Positions 30,801 through 38,719 of a stretch of 64,000 nt of DNA are shown here, piece by piece. The stretch is from Candidatus Xenobia bacterium. GTDB lineage: Bacteria; Vulcanimicrobiota; Xenobia; Xenobiales; QWHO01. A program made the translations under genes and the position numbers. The notes under the pieces were generated by a model that was given only the letters and a program-made list of their open reading frames with translations, was not told the origin of the DNA and did no database searches. How positions within the stretch are numbered: position 1 is the first letter of the stretch; each line of letters begins with the position of its first letter. The stretch is from the NCBI GenBank assembly GCA_045863235.1, contig BTUM01000038.1:9263-73262 (forward strand). Reading direction: 5' to 3'.

Positions 30801-31491
30801 GCTCAAGAAGGATGTCAAGGCGGTCGCCTCCTCGCAACTGACGCGCCTGGAGGTGGCTCTGATGCGACGTCGGCGCTGGAGCGTCGAGAACTTCCGGATG
30901 TTCATGGTGGAGCACCCGCTGGTGTTCCACCTGGCCCGGCGTCTGGTGTGGGGCAGCTACGACGAGTCCGGAAAGCTGACCGGAGCCTTCCGGGTGGCCG
31001 AGGATCGCAGCCTGGCAGACTTGAAGGATCGCCCGTTCGAGCCGGGCGCCAGGGTGGGGCTGGTGCACCCGCTGGAGCTGACCGAGGAGACCATCGGGGC
31101 CTGGGCCCGGCTGCTGGGCGACTACGAGTTGCTGCAACCCTTCCCGCAGCTGGGACGGCCAGTGTTCCGCCCCACCCCGGCCGAAGCCCGTTCCAACGAG
31201 CTGACCCGCTTTGCTGACCGGAAGGTCAAGTCGGGCTCGGTGCTGGGCCTGGAGAACCGCGGCTGGCGCCGGGGCTACGTCGAGAGCGGTGTGGTGACCG
31301 AGCTGATCTGGCCGACCGAGCTGGGCGACGCGCGCCTGGAGCTCGATCCGGGCGTCTACCTGCCCGAGCCGCCCGTGAACCCGATCCAGAGCGTGGCGCT
31401 CAAACTGCCGGGCGAACACCGGATCTCCGAGCTCGACCCGGTGACCTTCAGCGAGCTGGCCATGGCCATCGACCAGCTGGCCCAGGCGTAA
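27865..31491 (+). CDS. WGR + DUF4132 domain protein (MolR-like)
   Basis: N-terminal WGR (SNKFWEI...VRWGKIGTAGQ); C-terminal DUF4132-like region (LADRLAPDLDL...HPLVFHLARRLVWG...QPFPQLGR). Confidence 0.9.
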   Translation: MRHFEFSEGSSNKFWEIDLQGDSFVVRWGKIGTAGQSQTKSFASEARAQLEHDKLIAEKVGKGYQETGGAAPGTPAPRAAAPAPAPRAAAPAPKAAPVQAATAVLERPASDQGLHWSPSARKRILPYQGMSSPPTAPKTDLKKARALLDELRNIITSVEVKHFDPAFQALADPVKARFSDVTGPLHENPEVEAGLAVCLAMNDNFWSRSEDVGTAAVHLWCAERGVVFATRALAATFSMGTGYASPGNSQGAFLAARGNKYGWDRTCFGPLKTLRGLLAASSPGDYAQAREAVAPLFATAPNFVRCNLAFLFPDREDWAEQAFDEGPEIHNLVNLMASLRDPLRLGTIATKLAAAPGYIPSVPLEVVPTMVDRVGPPAWKTVHILLSAAEKADNKRFLADSLLAIHWPEVAEVFAGLLKDKVLGAQANEFFQAAPEVGLPVLAAQKSSEAQALVQRLAAANPEAARAALGQADGAAQRQLEQKLASQQAQASVPVAPASALPPSLAAPPWLGSGSQKLPVVKGLSVPAGPEEVRWAPGEREKALGKPEVHHGKDEDKLFALFEEFRAKQKGWFVERLLQFSNKDRAVKIWSTYPPDFWNQYDLRGDDNPALGLLAFLGLDAVDGLLGVLKMAPDNLHVVLSHVSSPRLAQLFAEALQGKKQKVVAQQWLTRNVRVASLGLVPIAVGPHGKARQTAENALRYLASKGHRDMVLHVANQEFGAEAREAVSVVLASDPRLAPGIKLPARPAWLEPAALPPVQLKAGGRLSPEAVGHLLTMLSLSTLEDPLPCLAEVHEGCTRASLSEFAWELFSAWLNSGGPSKDAWAYNALGLIGGDEAARRLTPMLRKWPGEGFSSRAADGLEVLAAIGSDLALMHLNSLAEKLRFKALQDKARAKITALAEERGLTVEELADRLAPDLDLEADGSRKLDFGPRHFRVGFDEQLRPFVLDEAGKRQSDLPKPGKADDSALASEAQEVWKALKKDVKAVASSQLTRLEVALMRRRRWSVENFRMFMVEHPLVFHLARRLVWGSYDESGKLTGAFRVAEDRSLADLKDRPFEPGARVGLVHPLELTEETIGAWARLLGDYELLQPFPQLGRPVFRPTPAEARSNELTRFADRKVKSGSVLGLENRGWRRGYVESGVVTELIWPTELGDARLELDPGVYLPEPPVNPIQSVALKLPGEHRISELDPVTFSELAMAIDQLAQA

Positions 31492-31601
31492 GGCGTCGGG
31501 TCGCTCGGACTTGCCGGTCCGGGCGACCCGCCGCCCTCGCGCAGGAATGCGGGGCCCGCCCCCTCGAAAGCTGATTCGTCACGAACGAAAGGGGCGCACC
31601 A

Positions 31602-32831
31602 ATGCGAAAACGACTTGGCGTTGTCGGAGTTGGCTCGGCGGGCGTTCTCAGCCTGATTCACTTCTGCACCTGGCTCAACAACGATTGGGAGATCGTTTCG
31701 ATCTACGACCCCAACAAGAAGATCCTGGGCATCGGCGAGAGCACCAACGGCGGATTCGTGGGCCTGCTCGAGAAGGGCACCCACTTCGCGCTGGGCCACC
31801 CCAAGGACCTTGACGCCCTGGATGCCACCCTCAAGTTCGGCAGCCGCTTCGTGAACTGGCGCGAGCACTCATGGGTCAACCCTCTGCTTGACGGCAACAC
31901 GGCCATCCACTTCAACAACTTCTTCTTCAAGGACTTTGCCTTCGAGCGCCTGCGCAAGCTGTGGCCCAAGAAGTTCACCGTGCTCGAGGGCAACGTCTCC
32001 AGCATGGTCAACCACGAGGACCGGGTCACCCTGACCGTGGACGGATCCGACCACGACTTTGACTACGTGCTCGACTGCATGGGCTTTCCGCCTGATTTCG
32101 AGGGTTACCACATCAGCGACTGCTCGCCGGTGAACCACTGCCTGATCCACAGCCAGCTGCCCGGCGAGTTCACCTACGAGCCTTACACCGACCACATCGC
32201 TCACGAGAACGGCTGGATGTTCGGCGTGCCGCTGCAGTCGCGCAAGACCTTCGGCTACATGTTCAACAATAAGATCACCGACAAGGCTGAGGCCGAAGCG
32301 GATATGATGCGCATTCTCAAGACGCAGAAGATCGACGGCGAGGTGGGCCGTGGCATCAAGACGCCCGAATACGTCTTCAGCTGCTACTACGCCAAGCAGA
32401 TGATCGACGGGCGCATCGGCAAGAACGGCAACAAAGCGCTCTTCTTCGAGCCCCTGATCGCCAACTCCATTTTCATCTATATCTACACCGCCCGCCTGTT
32501 CTACGATTACGTCAACGGGGTGGCCAACCACATCGACATCAACCGCGCCTTCGTCAAGGCTGTGCAAGAGATGGAAGACGTGATCACTTACTACTACCAG
32601 GGCGGCTCCCTCTACGACTCGGAGTTCTGGCGCTACGCCGTGCCGGCCGCCAAGAAGCGCTTGGAGACGAGAGGCGAGTTCAAGCAGCTCATGGCTTTGT
32701 TCCGCAACCTGAAGAACCAGGGCATCCTGCACCACGGGCCCACCTATGCCTTCCAACCGCTGACCTGGGAGATCGTGGACGAGGCTCTGGGCTACGGCTT
32801 CATCGAGGAGAAGCAGAAGGCCGCGGTCTAA
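31602..32831 (+). CDS. Flavin-dependent tryptophan-halogenase-like protein (short form)
   Basis: GVGSAG FAD motif, IGEST, ATLKFG, GWMFGVP (WxWxIP-like), FFEPL. Confidence 0.8.
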   Translation: MRKRLGVVGVGSAGVLSLIHFCTWLNNDWEIVSIYDPNKKILGIGESTNGGFVGLLEKGTHFALGHPKDLDALDATLKFGSRFVNWREHSWVNPLLDGNTAIHFNNFFFKDFAFERLRKLWPKKFTVLEGNVSSMVNHEDRVTLTVDGSDHDFDYVLDCMGFPPDFEGYHISDCSPVNHCLIHSQLPGEFTYEPYTDHIAHENGWMFGVPLQSRKTFGYMFNNKITDKAEAEADMMRILKTQKIDGEVGRGIKTPEYVFSCYYAKQMIDGRIGKNGNKALFFEPLIANSIFIYIYTARLFYDYVNGVANHIDINRAFVKAVQEMEDVITYYYQGGSLYDSEFWRYAVPAAKKRLETRGEFKQLMALFRNLKNQGILHHGPTYAFQPLTWEIVDEALGYGFIEEKQKAAV

Positions 32832-32854
32832 ACTCTGCCACGAAACGAAGCCAG

Positions 32855-32886
32855 AGGGTCCCGGGCCGCACGGTCCGGGACCCTTT
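32855..32886. terminator. GC-rich hairpin terminator between convergent genes
   Basis: AGGGTCCCGGGCC-GCAC-GGTCCGGGACCCT-TT. Confidence 0.65.
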
Positions 32887-32890
32887 GATC

Positions 32891-34243
32891 TCAGGAGGTG
32901 GCGCGCGGCCCGGGGGAAGGCCGCCAGGCTTCGTTGAGGCGGTGGGGCAACTGCTCCAGGGCCCGCACGCACGAGCCGTCCTCGCGGCGGCGCACCAGCT
33001 CGACCCCTTCCGGGCTCAGCATGACCACCGCGGGCCGCAGCTGGATGAACTGCATCGACTGAGAGAAGTTGTACGCGCCCACCTTGCGGATCAGCACCGG
33101 ATCGCCGCGCCGCAAGGGGGGCAGCGACACTCCCAGTTGCAGGCAGTCGATCTGCATGCACAAAGGTCCGAACACGTCCACTTCTTCCAGCAGCCCGCCC
33201 GAGTCCACCCCGGGCACGATCTCGTGGCGATACCAGGCCGAGGTGTAGAGCAGGTTGACGCCCGCGTCCAGCACCAGCGCCCGCCGGCCTTCACCGCGCC
33301 GCCGGTTGGAGAGCACCCGGCAACCCAGGTGCATGGCCTCATCCACCAGCGAGCGGCCCGGCTCGAGGAACAGGGTGGGCAGGTCGAGCTCGGAGCTGAG
33401 CAGGCGCGAGCAGATCTCCTCGGCGTACTGCTCAAACGAGGGGCAGGCATACTCGGCCGGCATCCAGGAGCCGTGGAGCACATTCTTGCTCGCAAAGCCT
33501 CCGCCCAGGTCGAGCCACTCGATCTTCACCCCGAAGTCGCTCTTGAGCTTCTGCAGGAAGGGGATCAGCTTGCCCAGCGCCTTGCCGTAAACGCTCGGGT
33601 CGGTGAGGTAGGTGCCCAGGTGGCAGTGGATCCCCTTGAGCTCGAGGTGGGCGCTTGAAGCCAGCCAGCGCACCGCCTCCAGGGCCTGGCCCGACTCGAG
33701 GTTGAAGCCGAATCGGTCCCAGGGCTGGGAGTTGACCTGAAGATTGATGCGGATGCCCATGGGGGTGCGCCGGGTGGCCAGGCTCTCCATCTCCGAGAGC
33801 TCCTCCAGGCAGTCGGCGTGGATGCGGGCGCCCTCCTCCATGGCCCGGCGCAACTCTTCCTTGCGCTTGCAGGGGCCGTTGAACACGATGCGCTCGCCCG
33901 GCACGCCCAGCGTGCGGGCGTGGTCATACTCGAAGCCCGAGACCACCTCGGCCCAGGCTCCCTCCTGGTGCAGGATCGAGCACACCGAGGAGAGGTAGTT
34001 GGTCTTGTAGGAGTAGGCGATCACCGTGCGCGGATAGCGCCGGCTGAAAGCTTCCTGCAGGCGTCGATAGCTGTCGCGCAGGGTGGCTTCACTGAGGAGC
34101 CAGAGGGGCGAGCCGAACTCCTCGAGCAGCATGGTCAGGGCCCGGCCCTCGACGTGGGTCTGAGGGCGGGTGGAGTGGCTGCGGCCGAACTGGTTCATGA
34201 CTCCCACCGCGTGTCGGGTGATGCTGGGGCGCTCATAACTCAT
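32891..34243 (-). CDS. Diaminopimelate-decarboxylase-like PLP enzyme (fold type III)
   Basis: YSYKTN (PLP Lys), AEVVSGFE, FNGPCK, HCHLGT, LDLGGG, EPGRSLV, GPLCMQID, VGAY. Confidence 0.9.
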   Translation of the reverse strand: MSYERPSITRHAVGVMNQFGRSHSTRPQTHVEGRALTMLLEEFGSPLWLLSEATLRDSYRRLQEAFSRRYPRTVIAYSYKTNYLSSVCSILHQEGAWAEVVSGFEYDHARTLGVPGERIVFNGPCKRKEELRRAMEEGARIHADCLEELSEMESLATRRTPMGIRINLQVNSQPWDRFGFNLESGQALEAVRWLASSAHLELKGIHCHLGTYLTDPSVYGKALGKLIPFLQKLKSDFGVKIEWLDLGGGFASKNVLHGSWMPAEYACPSFEQYAEEICSRLLSSELDLPTLFLEPGRSLVDEAMHLGCRVLSNRRRGEGRRALVLDAGVNLLYTSAWYRHEIVPGVDSGGLLEEVDVFGPLCMQIDCLQLGVSLPPLRRGDPVLIRKVGAYNFSQSMQFIQLRPAVVMLSPEGVELVRRREDGSCVRALEQLPHRLNEAWRPSPGPRATS

Positions 34244-35286
34244 GGCGTCAGGAGCTCTCCTTTCATAGTGAGGCTTTCCAGGTTTTGCAGGGGACAGACC
34301 ACGTCCACCGAGTGGCGCACGAAGGTCAGTCCGGTCTGGTAATTGCCGGCTGGCTCGGGCTCGACGCCCAGGGCCACCTCGGCCACCCGGGCAGGCAGGT
34401 TGAGGCCGCAGGCGGCCGCCAGGTAGACCCAGGAGGGGAAGCGCGGATTGATCTCGATCAGCCGGAAGGTGTTGTCCTTCTCGCTGAGCAGGAACTCGAA
34501 CTCGAGCGGACCCACCCAGCTCAGGTCCTTGAGGGCCTTCTCGGTCAGCTCGAGCAGACGCGGATGGCAGACCGACACGCCGGCCCAGGCGGTGCCCTTG
34601 GGGGTCACGCGCAACTTGCGCATGGCCACCATTCCCAGGGAATCGCCCTGGCGGTCGGCGGCTGCCACCACGTCGTACTCTTCGCCCGCGTAGTGGCGTT
34701 GCAGCACCACCGGCGAGCCCCACTGGCGCTCGATCTCGCGAAAGCGCACCCGCGCTTCCTCCAGGCTGTGGGCCAGCACGGCGCCGTGAAACAGGCCCTT
34801 GACCACGATGGGCAGACCGAGCTTTTGAACGGCGCCGGGGAGTGCTTCGACGCTGAAGGCCACCTCGGTCTCCGGGTGGGGCAGGTCGTGCTCTTCGCAG
34901 AACCTGGCCAGGTTGGCCTTGGAGCGCAGGGCCAGCACCTCGGGGCGAGGCAGCAAGGTGGCGATCCCCATCTCGTTGAGTCGGCGGCTGAGCGAGCAGA
35001 AGGCCATCAGCTCCGAGTCCAGGGTGGGCAGAATCAGGTCGAGCGGGGTGCGCCGGTGGACCTCCTCCAGGCGCTGCATCAGGGCCAGCTCGCCTTCGCT
35101 GGGGTAGGGAAGGAGGAACGCCTCGTTGAGCAGCCCGCGGCTGTGGATGCCAGTATCCAGGGCGTCGTAGCCCAGCCCCACCACCCGGATCTCGGGGAAC
35201 ATCTTGCGCAGGCAGCGGGCCACGGCCAGCCCGGGAGCGGGGTTGTCGGCCGAATTGAGGCCGGTGACGGCGATGGTTACGTGCAC
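34240..35286 (-). CDS. ATP-grasp (carboxylate-amine ligase) protein
   Basis: AVTGLNSADNPAPG, PIVVKG, GPLEFEF, LIEINPRFPSW. Confidence 0.9.
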   Translation of the reverse strand: MHVTIAVTGLNSADNPAPGLAVARCLRKMFPEIRVVGLGYDALDTGIHSRGLLNEAFLLPYPSEGELALMQRLEEVHRRTPLDLILPTLDSELMAFCSLSRRLNEMGIATLLPRPEVLALRSKANLARFCEEHDLPHPETEVAFSVEALPGAVQKLGLPIVVKGLFHGAVLAHSLEEARVRFREIERQWGSPVVLQRHYAGEEYDVVAAADRQGDSLGMVAMRKLRVTPKGTAWAGVSVCHPRLLELTEKALKDLSWVGPLEFEFLLSEKDNTFRLIEINPRFPSWVYLAAACGLNLPARVAEVALGVEPEPAGNYQTGLTFVRHSVDVVCPLQNLESLTMKGELLTP

Positions 35287-35546
35287 GGGGCACCTCCAAG
35301 TCCGAGTCGCTCCAGGTTGTCCAGGAAGTAGCCCACGTCCACCGCCGCTACCTCGGGCGCCAGTCCGAAGTGCTGAGCGAACTGCAGGGTCAGAAGGTCG
35401 GGCGGAGTTCCGTTGCGGATCCCGTCATAGAGGAAGCGGCCCGAGTCATTGAGCACGTAAGTGTGCCCGGTCTGGGGCTCGAACAAGAAGCCCGTCTCTG
35501 CTGCGGGGGGGAGGCTCTGCTGTTGCCAGCCGGAGAGCTGCTTCAT
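35277..35546 (-). CDS. PqqD family / RiPP recognition element protein
   Basis: 89 aa; GFLFEPQTGHTYVLNDSGRFLY...AAVDVGYFLDNLERLGL matches the PqqD pattern. Confidence 0.85.
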   Translation of the reverse strand: MKQLSGWQQQSLPPAAETGFLFEPQTGHTYVLNDSGRFLYDGIRNGTPPDLLTLQFAQHFGLAPEVAAVDVGYFLDNLERLGLGGAPCT

Positions 35547-35935
35547 TTCGAGGCCCTCGTGATGGCGCCGGCGTGGTAGGCGCGCATGCCTTCCATGTGG
35601 TAGCCGTTCAGCTTGCACCAGCTGCATTTGGTGGGACAGCTCGAGCGGCTGACGCGGCGGTCCCAGAGGGCCATCTCGTAGCGACCGCCCGGAGTCAGGC
35701 TGACCCGGAACACTTCCTGCAGCGAGCCCGCCTGCACCTGACGGACCTGGTGCCAGCCCTTGGAGTCGGTGGGGCTGTAGACCGAGATCCCGATCCAGCC
35801 CGTCTTCTCGCAGTTTCCGGTGACGGTGAGCGAGGTGGTGGTGAGCCGGGCGGTCAGCGATTCGCGGCTGGCCGCCGTGGCCATCAGGGTACTGGCCAGC
35901 AGCACCGCTGCCAGCATCAAGGATTTTCTTGTCAT
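35543..35935 (-). CDS. Small secreted protein with CxxxCxxC motif
   Basis: Signal peptide MTRKSLMLAAVLLASTLMATA; ATGA overlaps at both ends; CPTKCSWC. Confidence 0.75.
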   Translation of the reverse strand: MTRKSLMLAAVLLASTLMATAASRESLTARLTTTSLTVTGNCEKTGWIGISVYSPTDSKGWHQVRQVQAGSLQEVFRVSLTPGGRYEMALWDRRVSRSSCPTKCSWCKLNGYHMEGMRAYHAGAITRASK

Positions 35936-37233
35936 GCCGTCCTCCTGATTCGTTGGCCAGCCTCCGGACGGCCCGTGCGGACCGGCCGGCGCTCGACCTG
36001 GTAGTCTTGAAAGCGGGTGGGAAGGGTGGGGGCCCCGGGCCAGGGCTCGGCCTGGAGCTGGATGTGCAGGTGGGGCTCGCAGGAGTAGCCCGAGTTGCCG
36101 CAGCGTCCCAGCAGTTGGCCGCGCTCGACCCGCTGGCCCAACTCCACCACCAGGCTGCCCTGGCGGAAGTGGCTCAGCTCGGTGTAGAGCCCGTTGCCGT
36201 GCGAGAGCACCACCAGGTTGCCCCAGTTGGCGAAGACGTTGGGCTGGCCGGGCGGATTGTCGGGCACGTCGTTGACCAGGGCCACCACCACCCCGGCCGC
36301 GGGTGCGGCCACGGGCAGGTCGTAGCAGTAGTAGTCCTGCAAGGAGAGGCCGCTGCCGCGGTGGCTGCGCCCGGCCGAGTCGAGCACGATGAAGTCCCAG
36401 GCCTCGTTCCAGGGGCCCACGTGGGTCCAGCCGCCGTCGGGGGGCTGGCACACCGTCCACTCACCCCAGAAGGGCAAGGTCCAGGGCACCTGACGCCACC
36501 AGGGGGCAGAGTAGCGAGCCCAGCGCGCCTCGGGGGTCTCGAGTTGGAGCACCTTGCGCTTGCCGGCCAGGGCGGCCACCAGGTGCAGGGGCAGCACGAA
36601 GACAGGCAGCGCCAGCCAGGCCAGGGCGCTGGCCACCAGGCCGCTCAGGGCCGCACCCGCCAGCGCTCGGGCCAGGGTGGCCAGACCGGGGGGCGCGAAC
36701 ACCCCGCCCAGCACCACGGCCGTCAGACCGCCGTTGAAGAGGGCCTCGGGCCGTGAGCTGACCGCGGCGGCGGTCAGGCCCCCCAGCAGCAAGAGAAAAG
36801 CGAAGTAGCGGCTGGTCAGGGCTACGGCCAGCAGGCAGACCAGTGCCGAGGGCAGGTCGGGACGGAAGACCACCGCCCCCAGAGGGGTCAACAGGTGGTC
36901 GCCCAGGGGGGGAGCGGCCGGGGGGCCGAGCAGGAACCAGGCCGGGTAGGCCACCAGCAGAAAGCCCCAGGCCATGGTGAGGTGGGGGAGGAGCAGGCGC
37001 AGACCGATCAGGGCCAGAGCCAGCCACGGCAGGGGCCATCCGGCCCAGCCCCAGAGCAGTCCGAGCAGGATGGAGTTGCAGGCGGCGACAGGGCCGCGGG
37101 GGGCGGCCAGGCCAGCGGCCAGACCGATCAGGCCGGGGGCCGGGTCGAGCAGGGTCAGGGCCAGCAGGGCTGCTCCGCTGGCGGGGCGATCGGCCCCCAG
37201 AATCAGCCCGTAGCCACGCAGCAGGGTTTGCAT
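35932..37233 (-). CDS. Urea-transporter-like membrane domain fused to an M23 peptidase domain
   Basis: Hydrophobic N-terminal region (LLRGYGLIL, CNSILLG, LGAVVFRP, FNGGLTAVVLGG); M23 motifs H(x)6WD, PVAAPAAGVV, WGNLVVLSH, LSHFRQGS, CGNSG...PHLHIQ. Confidence 0.8.
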   Translation of the reverse strand: MQTLLRGYGLILGADRPASGAALLALTLLDPAPGLIGLAAGLAAPRGPVAACNSILLGLLWGWAGWPLPWLALALIGLRLLLPHLTMAWGFLLVAYPAWFLLGPPAAPPLGDHLLTPLGAVVFRPDLPSALVCLLAVALTSRYFAFLLLLGGLTAAAVSSRPEALFNGGLTAVVLGGVFAPPGLATLARALAGAALSGLVASALAWLALPVFVLPLHLVAALAGKRKVLQLETPEARWARYSAPWWRQVPWTLPFWGEWTVCQPPDGGWTHVGPWNEAWDFIVLDSAGRSHRGSGLSLQDYYCYDLPVAAPAAGVVVALVNDVPDNPPGQPNVFANWGNLVVLSHGNGLYTELSHFRQGSLVVELGQRVERGQLLGRCGNSGYSCEPHLHIQLQAEPWPGAPTLPTRFQDYQVERRPVRTGRPEAGQRIRRTA

Positions 37234-37346
37234 GCTCTGAGCTTAGCGCTCGGAGGTTTCGGGCCGACCCGCAAATGTATCGAAATCGTAGCAGACCTTT
37301 TTGCCTATCCTTCGGGGGCGCCTGTCGGCGCCGGCTTCAGGCCACC

Positions 37347-37413
37347 CTCTTTGGAGTCGAGCACCAGCGCCTCTTCGTCCTGCTGCAGGTCGAGCCGTTT
37401 GAGGGCGGCTCCC
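37347..37413 (-). pseudogene. Short diverged duplicate of the 3' part of gene 37961-38698
   Basis: Encodes GAALKRLDLQQDEEALVLDSKE versus GEALKRLDLQQDDEALVLDSKN at ~38045-38111. Confidence 0.75.
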
Positions 37414-37643
37414 GAGCTTCGCGGAACAATCCTCACGCCCGTACCAGGGCGTCAGGAAGCCTTGCCTTCCGTCTCGAGCCATCTGCGCGACCTGCTCGAG
37501 CCGAGCGTCCGCCCCACGGTGATCCTCGTGGGAAGCGGACGAATCCTCTCGAACCTCGTGTTCCACGTGGCGACCACGGGATCCAGGTGCTCGAAGGCCC
37601 CTGCGTCGACTTCCTGGTCAGCGAGCAGGGCGACAAGCGCGCG

Positions 37644-37889
37644 TTAGGCGGCTGGCGGGTTCTCCAGCTGCTCGAGACCAGCCACGAGTTGGGTCAACTC
37701 CTGAACGGTATCTTTCGTTTCTGCTGCATGGGCACGAATCGTTGCCTCCTGCTCGAGGAAGGCCAGGCGCACCTGGTCGAAGCCGTTCTCCATGATCTGC
37801 CGCTGGCTGGTCAGGACTAGCTCGGTGTGCCTCTGGTTTCTATCCAGCCGGGCATCGATTCTTTCCAAGCGCTTCCTGAATTCTTCCAT
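37644..37889 (-). CDS. Small coiled-coil hypothetical protein
   Basis: GAGGAGG RBS, ATG, 81 aa with heptad pattern. Confidence 0.65.
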   Translation of the reverse strand: MEEFRKRLERIDARLDRNQRHTELVLTSQRQIMENGFDQVRLAFLEQEATIRAHAAETKDTVQELTQLVAGLEQLENPPAA

Positions 37890-37960
37890 ATGCCGCCTCC
37901 TCGCTCCATTTAATCACAGCAGGTCGTCTCAGCCAAGTCTAAAGGAGCCCAAGCTGGATT

Positions 37961-38698
37961 TCAGCCCAGGCCGCCCTCCAGCACCAGCCGGTTGCCCTGC
38001 GTGCCCAGCTGGGTCAGCTTGACCTCGAGACCGGGAGGCAGCAGGTTCTTCGAGTCGAGCACCAGCGCTTCGTCGTCTTGCTGCAGATCGAGCCTCTTGA
38101 GTGCCTCGCCGGCCAGGGCCTGGGCGATGGTCAGAGCCAGGCGAGGGACCGGCAACCCCATCACTTTCACGCGCTCGGGAGTAAAGCGGAACTTCTGGTC
38201 GGCGGTCAACTCCAGCCTGCCCCGCAGGGTGAAGGGGACGCTGGCCAGCTTGTGCAGCACGCCTTTGACCTGAACCAGGCCGCCTGGCTCGAAGGCAAAA
38301 CTGACCTCTTTGAGTCCTTCTCGCGCCAGCACCGCGGCCCCGCCCGTACGGACCGCCTCGGTGGCCACCAGGGCCGGAATGCCCAGTCGCACCCTGCGGA
38401 TGCGAACCGGACCCCTGCTCAGAAGCCGGGCGGGCTCGGCCAGGAGCTCGGGGGGAATCTCCTGGTCCATCTCGGCGCTCAGCTCCTCGACGTGCACTCC
38501 CGACAGGGTCAGATCACGAATTTCGAGCTTGTTTCCCTGAAGGTCGAACTGGGCGGCCGGCCCCGCGGCGTGACGGTTGGCCAGCTCGGCCTGCAGCTGC
38601 TGGTTGGGAGCCGGGCGAGAGATCGGGTTGTCCTCGGGAGCCGGGTTGGAAGCTCCGAACCGCTGCCGGGCAGCTTGCATCGGGTCGCGAAAGAGCAC
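37961..38698 (-). CDS. Hypothetical protein (LmeA/DUF2993-like beta-strand pattern)
   Basis: VQVKGVL...VPFTLRGRLEL...VKVMGLPVP; family assignment tentative. Confidence 0.6.
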   Translation of the reverse strand: MLFRDPMQAARQRFGASNPAPEDNPISRPAPNQQLQAELANRHAAGPAAQFDLQGNKLEIRDLTLSGVHVEELSAEMDQEIPPELLAEPARLLSRGPVRIRRVRLGIPALVATEAVRTGGAAVLAREGLKEVSFAFEPGGLVQVKGVLHKLASVPFTLRGRLELTADQKFRFTPERVKVMGLPVPRLALTIAQALAGEALKRLDLQQDDEALVLDSKNLLPPGLEVKLTQLGTQGNRLVLEGGLG

Positions 38699-38719
38699 GG
38701 CTCAGTATACCACGGCCTG

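Noticed and set aside
27811..31419. 1202-aa minus-strand ORF and similar long antisense ORFs (e.g. 73-1539, 13936-15972, 22046-23965, 46018-48534, 55412-57508)
   Set aside because: Shadow ORFs opposite well-supported genes, expected in high-GC DNA; no motifs
24933..31491. Anti-phage defence island (Uma2, WGR-DUF4132)
   Set aside because: Both are common stand-alone families, they are not in an operon, and no recognised defence partners are present
32891..35299. 802-aa decarboxylase as one long ORF
   Set aside because: The upstream part overlaps the ATP-grasp gene in another frame; the real start is ATG 34243 with an ATGA overlap
35620..35643. Radical SAM enzyme from the CxxxCxxC motif
   Set aside because: The protein is 130 aa with a signal peptide and cannot hold the radical SAM barrel
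37347..38111. Diversity-generating retroelement TR/VR pair
   Set aside because: Differences are mostly synonymous third-position changes, not adenine-specific, and there is no reverse transcriptase in the window
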